Shown here piece after piece: positions 23,806-37,597 of a stretch of 64,000 nt of DNA; position 1 is the first letter of the stretch, and every line of letters begins with the position of its first letter. Origin of the DNA: Azolla caroliniana (Eukaryota; Plantae; Polypodiophyta); the NCBI GenBank assembly GCA_043228905.1, contig JBHGNT010000001.1, forward strand, positions 19,344,001-19,408,000, written 5' to 3'. The notes under the pieces were generated by a model. That model was given only the letters and a program-made list of their open reading frames with translations, had not been told where the DNA came from and ran no database searches. The translations under genes and the position numbers were made by a program.

Positions 23806-24390
23806 TGTCGTGAAGAATTTCGGCCAAGGGCGGAAACCGGGAAACATTGGCTACATCGGCGGGGTGCAGCATGTGTAGTCACCCTTGTACATTTAGTGTG
23901 AATAACGAGGGTGCCTTTATGGCGCCGAAGAGTAGTCAAGTCGGGACAGACGATCCCATGTAAGTAGGGATTTATCCCACATTGTAACGCATCCCTCTCT
24001 CCTTGTTCTATAAAAGGAAGGGAGCGCCCTTTGTGAAAGGGTTGCCCATTTTGTGTTGGAGGGTATACCGTTAGGTTTAGACTTAGTTTTCTTTTTCTTC
24101 TTCTTCTTCTTCTTCTTCGCGGGGAGATCGACCGTGGAGGGTTGTTTCTGCTCGGTCTCCTGTGCAAGACCCCGCTCTGCGTGACGAGCTCGAGAGCTCC
24201 CCGGACAGCGGCTTGGCAGCAGACTGCTGCTGTAACCTACCCTACCATGGTCCGGCTCGAAGCCGGGAATGTAATCTTCCTTTTATATATATACATTTGT
24301 GTCTGTCTGTGTATATTCGTGTCTCTGTTGGTGTCGGGTGCTTCCCCTTTCCCGCGTTTCCTTAACATAAGGGCGTGAGTCGGGTCGGCC

Positions 24391-24423
<33 letters not shown>

Positions 24424-25970
24424 GTGTGCGTAAGTCGGTGTTAAGCGCGCGCTCCCTCTCTTTCTCTCTCTCCCTTCGGTTGCTTCCGGTGTGCTTCTGG
24501 GATGCCCCGGAAACGATGAAGTACAACTTCCTACGCTCCGTCGCTCCCTAGTCCAAGACCCCCGTGGTCCTGCCTTTCTCCACGCACGCGCGTAACAACG
24601 CGACATCTTTGGTGAACCCGACGTGAAGGGCGGTAAGGGAGGATGGAGTCGGAAGACAACGACCTCGTGGTGATGGTGGCCGAAGTGGTGTTGGAGTCGG
24701 CACGAGTGGTGATGAGGCGAGAAGCAGCGCAACAAGCGGTTGAGCGAGTGGTCGAAAGAGTCGGCCGTTTCAATGGGGACAAAGTCCCATCTTACTTGGG
24801 AGCCTGCAACGCGGAGATGGAGGAGCGTGGCGTAGACGAGGCGTTGAGGCTGGAGTTCTTCTGTCAGGTCGTAGCTGTCCGGATGCATGCGGAAGTAAAG
24901 GAGCTCCGTGAGGCTCATAGTTCGTGGGAGGCCTTCGAAGAGGCGCTCCTGAAGGCATACGGAGGACGGCGGAAGAGCCGAGGACGACACGACTTCGACC
25001 AGTGGGTAGCATCGGCAAAGACCCACCGGGGCGCGACCAAGGTGTTCCGAGAGTTCGATCGACGGCTTGCTCGGCTCCCGGAGCGGGAACAAGGTTTGGT
25101 GGGGACGGACAAGGTCCTATTGTTCGTCAGGTCGATCGACCGAGCGGAACAGGAGGCCATCGGGATGGAGCTCGAAGACGATGACGGAGCGAATGGGCTT
25201 ACGGAGGACTGGTCGAAGGTCGGAAGGGTGTGCCAACAGCTAGACGATGAGCGAGCCGAGAAGGCTAAGAGGAAGGCGCGCGACGGCGTGCCATCACAGC
25301 GGGAAGAGGTCGAATGGCAAAGGGAGTTGGCAAGGGTCAGCGTTAGGGCCAGGATTGTGGAGGCGTACGTAGCTCTCGAGGCGATGCTCGAGGAAGAGGA
25401 AAGATCGAGGCCGCAAGCCGAGACTGAGGAGACGGACCTGCCCCACGCGATGACGGGACATCGATACGACGGTACGACGGGAGAGGGTGCGGAACAAAAC
25501 GCCCTCTCGACTTGCGGAGATAGAACGGTTAAGGACGAGGCGGAGATACCGATCGCGAGATCGGAACGTTGGAACCAGCGGTTTCGGGTGTGTCAGCCCG
25601 AAACCCCGGACATCGTAGAAGCAAGCCCAGGCGGGGGCTTACACGATCGGTAAGGAGACGACCACCGACCATGAAGAGCAGGTGGCTACGGACAAGGGCG
25701 TAAACCAGACGGGCGATTCTTTGAGCCTTCCCGCACTTGCTCCCGAGACGATGGCAGTCGGGCCGAGTGCCCACGTGAGTCCCAAGCGGAGGAAGGCGGT
25801 GGCGAGAGACCAAGAATCACCAGCGACATGATACAACGAAGGAGCGGACGAAAGCCCCCGGACCCGATTCCGGAGAAATCGCCATTCGGGCCCGTATACC
25901 CATGTAAGACCGAGGAGATGGATGGTGGTACCGAGGAGTCCTGGCATGATGCCAGTGAAGAGGGATGGGA
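23806..25970 (+). mobile_element. Gypsy-type element D2: 5' LTR, tRNA-Trp PBS and gag-like ORF
   Basis: LTR 23806-24605 (tgtcgtgaag...acgcgaca); 18-nt PBS tggtgaacccgacgtgaa 24610-24627. Confidence 0.85.
24643..25653 (+). CDS. gag: Gag-like protein of D2 (336 aa, then frameshift)
   Basis: VGRFNGDKVPSYL...SWEAFEEALL...KVLLFVRSID...GLTEDWSKV aligns by eye with gag of element E; no zinc knuckle or pol follows. Confidence 0.7.
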   Translation: MESEDNDLVVMVAEVVLESARVVMRREAAQQAVERVVERVGRFNGDKVPSYLGACNAEMEERGVDEALRLEFFCQVVAVRMHAEVKELREAHSSWEAFEEALLKAYGGRRKSRGRHDFDQWVASAKTHRGATKVFREFDRRLARLPEREQGLVGTDKVLLFVRSIDRAEQEAIGMELEDDDGANGLTEDWSKVGRVCQQLDDERAEKAKRKARDGVPSQREEVEWQRELARVSVRARIVEAYVALEAMLEEEERSRPQAETEETDLPHAMTGHRYDGTTGEGAEQNALSTCGDRTVKDEAEIPIARSERWNQRFRVCQPETPDIVEASPGGGLHDR

Positions 25971-26426
25971 AATGTTTGTATATTAACGAATAACAAGTAC
26001 ACAGCAGAACACGTGAGCGGCTACGACCGAACAGGCCAGCGAACAGATGTCGATGCCTGTTCGTTTGCGCACGAAATGGGGATAGGATGGAGGTGCTACC
26101 GAAAGCACACGGGCGTTCCTCGAAGCAGTGCGAGCCTCCTGAAACCTGCAGAGAAGAGCAACAGAGAATAGATAGAGGAGAAGCGTTTGGTTCCGGTCCG
26201 ACAGCAGTTCGTCCTCCTGAATGCGCAATCCCTTCTCCCTGCGTCTCCCTCTCCTTTATAACGTCAAGAAGGGAGCCGTCTCCCTCATTTACTTCCTACC
26301 TACCGAATCTAACTACCCCGGATCTCTCTCTGTTCCTAATTCTCTATTATACACATTAAGAGCGCGCACACGTGAAGGGCCGGTTCATGTGCGCTATTCA
26401 CCGATTGCGCCAGGGGACGGTTTTCT

Positions 26427-29400
26427 TCACGACATCCGCCCCCACCTAACCGCGCATCCACCGGTATGCGCCAAAATTGGTTTCTGGTTGGAGAAAATCG
26501 GTCTGGGTTCCAGTTCTTCGTCCATCGGTTCGCCCTCCGTTTCAAACTGTTCGTCTTCGCTGTCCAGGCCTCTTAGATCCGGTTCGTCGTCGTGGCGTTT
26601 CTTGAACGCTTTGACCCGCTTCCCTGCTACCGGCATCGCCATCCTCGTACCGTCGAGTTCCGCCAGGTGATACGTCCCGTTGTCGTTGGCGCTCGTTACC
26701 ACGTAAGGCCCGAACCACCGCTTCGCGAACTTCCGTGTTGCTCGGTGCTGGTTGTCGAGGCTGCTGTCGTAGACTAGCACCTAGTCGCCTTCCTCGATTT
26801 TCTTTGGCCGGAGCCGGTGCGTCCGGTCGAACCGGGCTTTGTTCTTCATCCTCGCCGCCCGAAGTCTCTCCGCCGCTCGCTCCACGTCCTCCGGCCTCCG
26901 CTCGAGCTGCCATATACGCGCCGCTAGCAGTTCTTCCCGACTCATTTCGTCACTCCAGTCTACTGTCGCCCAAGAGGAGATCGTCGTTCCATCCGCATGA
27001 TCGGCTTCTGTCCGAACATGAGCTTTGACGGCATGAACCCGGTTACCGAACTGTGCGTTCTCCGGTCCGCCCACAAGGCGTAAGGTAATAGCCGTGGCCA
27101 GTTCCCGACCTGGTCTCCGCATGCCCGGACTAGCGCTTTGACGATTGGCCCGTGCCCGCGCTCTACCTTCCCGTTTGCCTCCGGATTGTACGTTGTGGTG
27201 AGCGAGAGCTTGACCCCTAACCGGTTGAACAGCTCCTCGGCCTCTTCGGCGTCCAACTCCCCACGGTCAGCCACGATCTTTCCGACGCACCCGTATCGGC
27301 ATATCACGTCCTCGATCAGCAACCGACACACGGCCGCGGTCGTTTTGTTCTGCAGGGCTCGGCCTTCCACCTGGTTCGTCAGGTCCTCCCGGGGCAGCAC
27401 CAGATATCGCATCTTCCCTACGCCCATCGGCATCGTCACCAAATCTACCATCCATTTGAAGTGGATGGCCGGAGGGTATGTGGGGTGAAGCTCGTCCCGA
27501 TGTCGGAGTATGGAGTGCACTTGATAGCTCTCACAAGTTGTCACGAACCGATGCACGTCCCGGTATAGTCCCGGCCACCAGTACTTCCCCTTCAGCTTCT
27601 CAAACGTGGCCCACGTCCCACGGTGCCCAGCCTAGGGGCTGTCGTGGTAGGCCTTCAACAATTCCTCCTGTTCCTCCTTCGTCGCCACTACTCGGAGCGG
27701 GATGCCGTTCCTCTTCTTCGGGTGCTTCCATAAGTATCCGCCCCGGAGAAAGAACCGGTACGCTTTCTTCCGGATCCGGTTGGCCTCGTCCCTTGTCCAC
27801 GATGCGTCCGACATCATTGTCCTTAAGAATCCCCCTATCTGCAGCCACTCCCTATCGTACTTGCTCTCGTTGAAATCGTTAAGCGCCGGAGTGCTCCCCC
27901 CCTCGGTTGTTACGTAAGCCGTCTCGAAGAAGTCTACGCCGACTTCCTCGTCCTCCGAAACCATGCCGCCCTCGTCGTTGAATCGCGCCCTCGAAAGCAT
28001 GTCGGCCATGGCATTGTCTTTCCCGGAAATGTGTCGTATTTCTGGATCCAGGGACTTGATGTACGCTATCCACCTGAGCATCGCCAAGTCCGGGGTTGCG
28101 CATCCGGAAACCATGCCGAGAATTTGCAGGCAGTCTGTCTCGATAATCACCTCTGTCCCAATCAGATAGTCTTTATCGGCCTTTACCGCCGAAACGATAC
28201 CCCAGAGTTCGCGTTTAACCTGGGTGTATCCTCGCTGTCGCTCGTTGAGGACCTTCGCGCCGAACCGGATTGGGAACCGGATGCCGTCCTCGTCTTCTTG
28301 GTTGACGACCCATCCAATCCCGGTCGAACTTGTATCTACCGTTATGTAGACGGGAGTGCCTTTCTCGTAGACAGCCTTCCGGAGTGCCGGAGCCGCAGCA
28401 AGAGCCTCCTTCATCTTTCGCACCGTCTCCGTATGCTCGTCTCGCCACTCGAATTTTCGCCCCTTTTTTAGCAACCCGTATAGCGGCTCGGCAACGTGGG
28501 CGTAATGTGGGATTCATATGTGGTAGAATGCGCATGCTCCCAAGAACCTCCGTACCTTCGTGACCGAGTTACAGTCGGGCTTCATTGCGGAGATGGCTTC
28601 CACCTTTGCTGGAGACAGTTTCCGGCCATACGGTCCGCATAGATGTCCGACGACCATGATCTCTAATTGCCCGAAGGCCGATTTTTCCCCAGAGAAGGTG
28701 AGCCTCGCATCCTCTAGCCTCTGCAGCACCCTCTCGCAGTCGTCAATGTGTGTCGCCACGAATTTCCAGCATCTGTCCGGTACGATCGTTTCGTCCTTTT
28801 CCTCCACCGGACATCCCTTGATTGGGATGTCATCCAAGAATGGCATGGTGATGTCCGGGATACAATCCCTCAGCACCTTGTTCATCGCATTCACCATGTG
28901 GGCCACCGAGTTCGTCCCTCCCTGTGGCAGGGTACACATCCGCACTAGTCCGAGAGGAGTCCGCATCGTCGTAATGTCTCTGCTTTCTACGGCTAGTTGA
29001 AACTGATCGTAACCCGAGTACAGATCACCGACCGAGTAGATCGACCTTCCGGCAAAGGCCTCCGCGAACTCGTCTATCATTGGTCCGATTCCTGCGTTCT
29101 GAATGGTCACTCTGTTGACCGGTTGCAGGTCTTGAATGAAGCGCAACGCCCCGTTCTTCTTCGGTACGGTAAACCACCGGTTCAAGTACGGGGCACTCGA
29201 CGGTTCGAGGATGCCCATATCAACTTTCTGCCTTAATAGCTCCATCAGCTCTGGGATGTGAGCTCTCGGTACGGAAATTGGTTTGAGATTCCACGGCACA
29301 TGCGGTACCGTGAATATCACCATCGGCTTCACGACTGCCGGGTCTACGCACCCGATCTCTCCCGGCGAGAATGCGAAGGCTTTCCCGTGCCTTCCGAGCA

Positions 29401-31857
29401 TTCTCCGAAACCGGTCTTCTTCCGCCGGCAGTAGGAACCCGCCCCCACCTACCTTGAGCTCCCGTAGCGTTCTGTCAGTGAAGGCGTGTGCCCTATGCAG
29501 GCTGGATCTCGTAAACTGGGGTCCGACGCGACCCCCTTGATTCGTAACTCGCTGCCCTCCGGTAAGGGTGCCGTGACTGGCCTTACCTTCCGGTCCACAT
29601 TTTTGTACTTCGTGTTAACCCGGGCCATCCGATCCGACTCGAGCCCTCGACTGAAGTCCGCGATGACTTCATACATCTCTTCTGAACAAACCGGTATCGT
29701 TCGGTCCTCTTTAAGGCCCTCTCCGACCACCTCTCGCAGTATTCCGAAGGTATCGTCGAAGGAGACCGCCTCCACGGCTCCGTTGATTTCCTCGCTGGGC
29801 CCGAGAACTCTGCACGCCCGAAGTCGCTCTTCCGCCCTTGTCTTTTCTCGGCCTACGACGCCAACTATCGTACACCCCCCATTGTCGGAGAAACAAAACT
29901 TCCTACTTATGGTAAAAGGTTTCTTCGGTTTCTCTTCTATTGTACATTTTTGGGGTTTTCCCGGAGTGTCCGGACTGTCGCGGCCCCACGCCTTGGCAGC
30001 CCTCTCTAAAAATCCTCTCGGTTCTCGCCACCGAGGAACTCGCGGTTTCGCTCGTGGTTCGGTCGCACCGTCAGGAACTAGACCGAATGACGCCCGTCCT
30101 AACTTTTGACCCTCGCGTAAGCCGACCCGTTGTCCAGCACCTTGGTCTCCATTCGCGCCGCCGTAATGTACGGTTCCCCTAGAATGACCGGGTGCGAGGA
30201 CGTTTCCTGCACAAAGAAGTGCTGGTCTATTTCGACGTCGCCGATCTTGACTCGCACGTTTGGGCAGGCCCCGTGTAGCTCCTCGGTGGCTCGTGTCGCC
30301 GCCCGTATCTTCCACCCGTGCTTAGTGTTGATCGGCTATTTCCCCTTTTTGTAGAAGTCCATGGACATCAGGTTTATTTCCGAACCGTGGTCCACCAGTG
30401 CTACCACCGGTTCCTGAACATCTCCGATCTTCACCGGGGTTTCCATGGTCGCTCGGGCCCAGTGTGGCCTCGAATAGTGGCTCTCCGCCCACTCGTCTTC
30501 CAGCGCCATGTCCTCTATGTGCGCCGTCCGCACTTCCACCGGCCTTTCCGGTTCTGCCTCTGTCGACAGCCTCTTTCTCTTCACCAAGTCCACGATGGAG
30601 TCGTGGAACTCCTTCTTGGCTATCCCGAGCACCTCTCACAATGACAGTTCCACCTTGTTGTCGAGGATTCGTTCTTCCAGGACCTTTCGTAGGTCCGTGG
30701 TCCTTTCGATCTCCGTGCCCAACCGGTATCCGCCCTTCTTGTGGTTATCCCGGGCACTGGACTTACCGGCCTCGATCCGTTTCGGCCCGAATCGGGTTTC
30801 GTATCTCTGTGAGGGTCCGGCCCCTCCGTTCTTACCAACCCATTTGTCTTCAACCAGAGCCTCGTAGTTCTGGCAAGCTGCTTCGACGAAACCCGCCTTT
30901 TCTTCGACCAGGTCACTCCATCCGGTTACCTCCTAGACCCGCTTCTCCGCGCGGTCCGCCTCGTCTCTCTTCAGTCGGGCACCGGCGAGGCCTTCCAGCA
31001 CCGTCGGCCAGAATTTGGCTTTGCTCTCCTTCCGGGCCCCGCTACCCCCGACCCGAATACCAGCCAACGCTGAGTAGTGGACGGTCTCCGCGTGCCGGGC
31101 TGCCGCCTCTTCCATCAGCCTTTTCATTCCTCCTCTCCCGTCATTTCGGTTCAGGGCCCTCCGGGTATCGTTGGCGTGCACCCGACCTTCCCACAGGTAC
31201 ACTACCTGGCTTCTTAAAGCCTCCATAAAGTCCCCGTAGTCTTTCCGGATGTGGCCGACCTCGTCGCACCACATGCACCTACTTCCTGCTGGAGGTCGTC
31301 AGTCACGAGCCTGATCGACGCCTTCCCTTCGAGCCTGGGCGATCTAGAGATCCTTTACCGCTTGTGTCAACTCCTCCAAAGCTGTTCCCCCGGACGAGCC
31401 TCTGATCACGCCGGTCGAAGGCGAACCGGTTTCGAGCCACTCCCGGGTCTCTTCCCTTCGTGCCTGCGGTATCGGTTCAAGCTTCCTTGCTGCGACAGGT
31501 CCCGCCCCGGTCGCCTCTGTGTCAGCCCACTCCCACCGTTTGTCAAAACGGCCGCAGATTCTCTTTACCGCAGCCCAGTTGGTCGTCAGCCCGTCTTCAG
31601 TTTCCAGTAAGGAGCCAACTTGCCCCCGATCCCGTGCGTCAACCGATTTGACAAACAGTAGGACACGACTTGTGTCCAGAACAGTCCGATCGAGCACTGA
31701 AAGGCGCGCAAAGCGTTCCTCAAACTCCCGGAGGAGTACCGACGCATTTCTTCCTTTGTTGGGGGACTCCACCCACTCCATGAAGCTTCGCTTCGAAAGT
31801 CGAAGCGCGTCATCCAACCCGTATTTCTCCAGGAGCCGTCCTTCGAACTCTTCCCAG
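26427..31857 (-). pseudogene. gag-pol: Gypsy E gag C-part, PR, RT, RNase H and INT (disrupted)
   Basis: WCDEVGH knuckle, ALVDHGSEINLM, DLYSGYDQF, FLDD, TVDTSSTGIG, ADRGE, NGKVERGH, WFGPY. Confidence 0.9.
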
Positions 31858-34800
31858 TGTCGAATACATGTGTATAATGGACGTATTCACACTATCCCGT
31901 TTTGGCCATTTATGTAATTAGCATAAAGGGTAGTTGCCCTAAGTCGGTCACTATATATAGTAACCTAGTAACCTTTTTGTAAGGTTGGGTGTTGTATTAT
32001 TGCTTTATGTAATAAAGAGTCTTTTGTGCCTCTCTCTCTCTCTCTCTCTGTGCAACGACCTACAATCTGTCATACGCAGGTATTCAAACACCAATCGAAT
32101 GCTTCTTGATCTTCCGCATTGACGACCTCGTCCCCAACATCTGGTATCAGAGCGATCGGCCGTCATCACCGCCTGCACAGCATTCGGTTCTTCACCTCAC
32201 CACGGCCTGCACAGTATTCGCGTCATTCGAAGAAAGAGAGGAGAAAAAAAAAAAAAAAACCAGGTTTGCATCTCATCGCGTTAGATCATCTTTGCTTGGA
32301 GTAAGCCAGCGGGTTGTACTTCGTTCCTTGTGATCGTAACCGCTCGAGGTGAAATCCCCTTGTGCAACTTTGACACGATCGTGCTCCATTCGGTTAAACG
32401 GCATCCGAAGAGGTCATCAAACGCTGCTCGCCGCTCATTGTAACCACTCGGTGCAGATCGGTCTCAAGACAACAACCCAAATTCGTGCTTCATCTGACTG
32501 ATCGACATTCGGGAGGATCAGTTGGATTCGTCTCTCTCGTTGCTGCAGTCAACCGAAGCAGAATCGGTCCAGATAATCGGTTTTAATAATCGGTATTCGG
32601 CATATATATCCGAAGCGAACCGGGCTCACTCCGACTCGGCAACATTCGGGAAGACCAGTCGGTTCTGTCCCTCAAGCTACCGAAGTCAATTCGAGCAAGT
32701 TCCGAAGCCGAACCGACTCGGGTTCAAATCCGACTAGAACGATATCGGGTGAGCCAACCGGCTGCACTCCAACAAGGTTCGTAGTCAACTCCGAACCGAG
32801 CTTCGCCAACCGAAACCGAATTTGATGGCATCAACATCCGGCTCGTCAGAAATGAGTCTACGAAAGTTCGATGGATCGAACTTCAACTTCTGGAAGGAAC
32901 AAATGCAGGACTATCTCATAGTCAAGGGGCAAATCGATCCCATCGAAAATGAAGAACCTCCAGAAGGATACAAACCAATTGAGTGGCAGAAGCTGGACAG
33001 AATCGTCCGCGCCACGATTCGGATGCACCTATCGGAATCGGTATACTTTACGGTGCAATCGTGTACGACAGCATTTGAACTGTGGAAAACACTGTCGGAC
33101 ACTTACGAAAAGAAGGTCGCCGCAACAAAGATGTTTCTGATCCGGCGCCTCTACAACCTGCGGATGAAAGAATCCGACTCGGTTCAGGCACACCTCAATG
33201 AGTACGAAAGCATAAGCTCCCAAATCTCGTCACAGGGGACGGCAATCGAGGATGAACTCAGAGCAATGATACTCATGAGCAGCCTTCCCTCATCATGGGA
33301 AACTTTCGTTACAACCGTGTGCAACGCGTCAACCACGGCTGTTAAATACTCCGAAGTCACGAGTGCAATCCTGACCGAAGCAGCTCGGAGAAAGTCTTTC
33401 GCCAAAGACTCAACAGACGACGCTTACGTAGTACAAGGTTCGACAGACCGATCGAACATACGAGGAAGAGATTCCTCACGGCCGCCGAACAATCAGCGAA
33501 GACGGAGCCAGTCACGGGATAACCGAATCTGCAACTATTGCAAGAAACCCGGACACATCAAAGCCGACTGCCGCGCACTCAAGAACAAGAACAACAAGAA
33601 GAGTGGCCGGCATGAGGAGGTCAATTACGTCAGCTTCTCAGCTGATGTACTACCGGACGACCCGAATATACTATCAATCGAAAATCCAGTCGGATCAGAA
33701 GTTCTACTCACGACTGAAGAATCGAGCACATGGCTCTTAGATTCGGGTGCGTCATTTCACGTGACTCCTCATCGATCCCAATTTCGGCAATATACGATCC
33801 GTCACTCCGACTCAGTTCGGGTCGGCAACTCACAACACTGTGACATCATCGGAATCGGCACAGTAGAGCTCAACCTTGCAGGTGGCTCTACACTTGTACT
33901 CCACAATGTCCGACATGTACCCGAGCTCTCAAGGCCATTGATCTCAGTCGGACAACTAGATGAAGACGGCATTCGTGCCGGTTTTTCTTCGGGAGGGTGG
34001 ACACTCCACAGGGGGAACCTCCTGCTTGCTAGAGGACCCAAGATACACTCACTGTATCCGTTACATGTTACGCTCAAAGAGGGTAACCTGTTCTTGGTGG
34101 ATATTCCTGTGTCATCACTATGGCACAGAAGATTAGGACACCTCAGCAAGGCCGGCATCACGCACCTATCTAGAGCCGGATACATCCCCAAACTCTCCTT
34201 CTCCGACCACCAATTCTGCGAGCATTGCCAGTATGGCAAACAAGCAGCCGCATCACACCCGACATCAGCACCAAGAGAAACGAGACCTCTCGATTTAGTC
34301 CATTCGGACGTCTGTGGCCCAATGCCGCATCAGTCTCTCGGCGGTGCCTCTTACTTCGTCACTTTTACTGACGACTCGACTCGAAAGGTGTGGGCGTATC
34401 CAATTCGCACCAAAGATCGTGTCTTCTCGATCTTCTCAGATTGGCTCGCTATGGTAGAAAATCAAACCGACCGAAAACTGAAATGCTTTCGGACCGACTA
34501 GGGGGGAGAGTTCAAATCCGAAGAATTCGTCAAATTCTGCCGACAACGCGGCATCCGACGTGAATTTACGGCACCACACAGTCCGGAGCAAAACGGGATT
34601 GCAGAACGAATGAATCGGACAATCCAAGAAAGGATAGTTTCCATGCTCCAACACTCCGGACTGTCGGATGGCTTCTGGGCAGAGGCTCTACTCACGGCAG
34701 TACACATAATCAATATGTCGCCAAGTAGACCTCTAGGACTTCAAATTCCTCAGGAACTATGGATCGGCAGTAAGCCGAATTACGACAAGCTGAGGATCTT

Positions 34801-37317
34801 CGGATGCGAGGCGTACGCCCTTATTCCGAAAGATGATCGCCGAAAACTTGCACCTCGGTCCAGGAAATGCATTTTCCTTGGATATGGATCCGACGGCGAA
34901 ATGGGATACCGACTCTGGGACCCCGAACGCAGACAAATCGTTCGAAGTTCGGACGTTGTGTTCAACGAGTCGGCTATGAATCCATCAGTCGAAAAACCGA
35001 TCGAAGTCCGAAGGGTAACATTTTCCGATGTGCCGACCCTTCAAGAAGGCCCCGCTCTCAACACACGGTCAGCGTCACGGGTAGCTGAACCTTACACTAC
35101 CGATTCGGACAACCCCGACTCGGCACAGCAGCACAATCCGCTTTCGGACCATCCGACCTTGATACCCGATGCGACCAGTCCAATCTTACCTCGACGATCC
35201 GAGAGACTGTCGCAACCTCCGGAGAGGTACTCTCCTGGAATTTTCTTCACCGACGCCGGCGAACCGACGTCTTACGAAGAAGCATCGACTTCTGTCGATT
35301 CAGCCACCTGGCATCTGGCGATGGAGTCGGAAATGCACTCCATTCGGGCAAACAAGACTTGGGATCTGGTCGAATTACCTAGGAACCGACGTGCTCTTCC
35401 TTGCAAGTGGGTCTATCGACTAAAAGAGACGTCTGATTCGACCACCCCAAAGTACAAGGCCAGATTAGTTGCGAAGGGCTTCCGACAAGAATATGGCGTC
35501 GACTTCGACGAGATTTTTTCACCAGTGGTGAAAATGACAACCCTTCGTTTTCTACTCGGCGTAGTGGCAGCCGACAACTTGGAGCTGATTCAGCTAGATG
35601 TCAAAACAGCCTTCCTCCATGGTGATCTCAAGGAGGAAATTTATATGGAGCAGCCAAAAGGCTTCGTGGCAACTGGCCAAGAACATCTAGTCTGCCGACT
35701 CAGGAAGAGTCTATACGGCCTCAAACAGGCACCGCGACAATGGTACAAGAAGTTCGACGACTTCATCCAATCGATCGGCTTCTCCAAAAGCGATGAGGAC
35801 CATTGCCTCTTCACCAACACAGCTCAAGATGGATCACCCATCTTCCTCATCATTTACGTGGACGACATGCTAATTTCTGGACGCCACGCGGGCGAACTTG
35901 CCGATCTCATTCGGCAACTGCGGTTGAAGTTTGCCATGAAGGACCTCGGTCCGGCACGACACATACTCGGCATGAAGATTAGTCGGCATCGCGATAAGCG
36001 ACATCTTTTTCTGTCTCAGACCGACTACATCCGACGTGTCTTAGAACGCTTCAACATGCAATCAGCCAAATCTGCTTCAACCCCGCTCCCTATGAATCTT
36101 CGGCTCTCTCAGCGAGACTGCCCGACATCCGTTCCGGAGGGGGAAGATATGAAGTCGGCACCGTATGCACCGGCAATCGGCTCCCTTATGTACCTGATGG
36201 TCGCGACACGGCCTGATATCTCTCATGCCGTAGGAGTCGTTAGCAGATTTATGCACAATCCCGGCCGATCGCATTGGAACGCAGTCAAGCATGTGTTCAG
36301 ATATCTGGCTGGCACAAAAGACCATGGCATTCTTTTCGGACCGAACCGAACCTCAGGCGTAGTCGGTTACACCGACTCGGACTTCGCCGGCTGTATAGAC
36401 AGTCGGAAATCAACAACCGGATACTGCTTCAAATTCGGCAATGGAGCAATTTCGTGGAAGTCGAAACTTCAGGAGTGCACAGCGACCTCAACGACCGAAG
36501 CAGAATATGTAGCTGCGTCCGACGCAGCAAAAGAAGCCTTATGGCTCGGTCGGCTGGCGCACACGTTTCGACAAGTCGACCATGACTCGGCTCCAGTTGT
36601 CTACAGCGACAGTCAAGGTGCTGTTGCCTTGTCGAAAAATCCGGTTCACCACAACGCCTCCAAACATATCGACGTTCGATATCACTTCGTTCGGGACTGC
36701 GTCATTTCAGGGAAAATCGGTCTAGAGAAAATATCCACAACCGACAATGTCGCAGATGGAATGACCAAGTGTCTTTCGGCAGATCGCTTTCGGTCTCTTC
36801 GGCATCAGATGGGCGTAACGACAAACCAGTCCGGTTAGAGCTGGACACAGAGCAGGATGGTTCCCGACAACCGACATCAGTTCCTTAATGATCGGCTTCA
36901 ACTGTTCCGACTCGACCAGTTCGGTCTTCTGCCTTCGGACCCTGCCGACTCGAACAAAGCTGATATGTCCGAGAACCTAAGTCTATACCTGTAATCTTAG
37001 ATAACCCATGTATACGCCCATTACGGGGGAGTGTCGAATACATGTGTATAATGGACGTATTCACACTATCCCGTTTTGGCCATTTATGTAATTAGCATAA
37101 AGGGTAGTTGCCCTAAGTCGGTCACTATATATAGTAACCTAGTAACCTTTTTGTAAGGTTGGGTGTTGTATTATTGCTTTATGTAATAAAGAGTCTTTTG
37201 TGCCTCTCTCTCTCTCTCTCTCTCTCTGTGCAACGACCTACAATCTGTCATACGCAGGTATTCAAACACCAATCGAATGCTTCTTGATCTTCCGCATTGA
37301 CGACCTCGTCCCCAACA
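31858..37317 (+). mobile_element. Ty1/copia element H, very recent full-length insertion
   Basis: LTRs 31858-32139 and 37032-37317 differ visibly only in (CT)n length; exact TSD CCCAG; PBS tggtatcagagc 32142-32153; PPT gggggag. Confidence 0.97.
32825..36838 (+). pseudogene. gag-pol: Copia H gag-pol polyprotein with one in-frame TAG at 34499-34501
   Basis: ORFs 32822-34501 and 34610-36838 are in the same frame; CNYCKKPGHIKADC, LLDSGAS, HSDVCGP, RTD*GGEF, YVDD, KHIDVRYHF. Confidence 0.93.
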
Positions 37318-37597
37318 CCCAGGTCCGGCTCTTCGCCCGGACCTCGAGTACATCCGCATGGATGCCTGGCATCGCCACTCAAGGGAATCCGGCAAGACGC
37401 CTCTCTTCCGGAATATCCCTCATCAACATCTCCACCTGATAGGATGCCAAATAACTCGTGGCATCCTTTCCACTGAACTGGCCGATCATACCGACGATCG
37501 CCTCAATAGCCCTATCAAGGGCGCCAGTGCCCTCGCACGCGCTCACTATCCGGTCCACGGCCGAAGCCATGGCCTCTGCAAGATCCGACCCCCTCAT
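37318..37597 (-). pseudogene. gag: Gypsy E gag N-terminus
   Basis: ATG just after the PBS; ALDRAIEAIVGMIGQFSGKDATSYL; continues across the CCCAG TSD. Confidence 0.8.
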
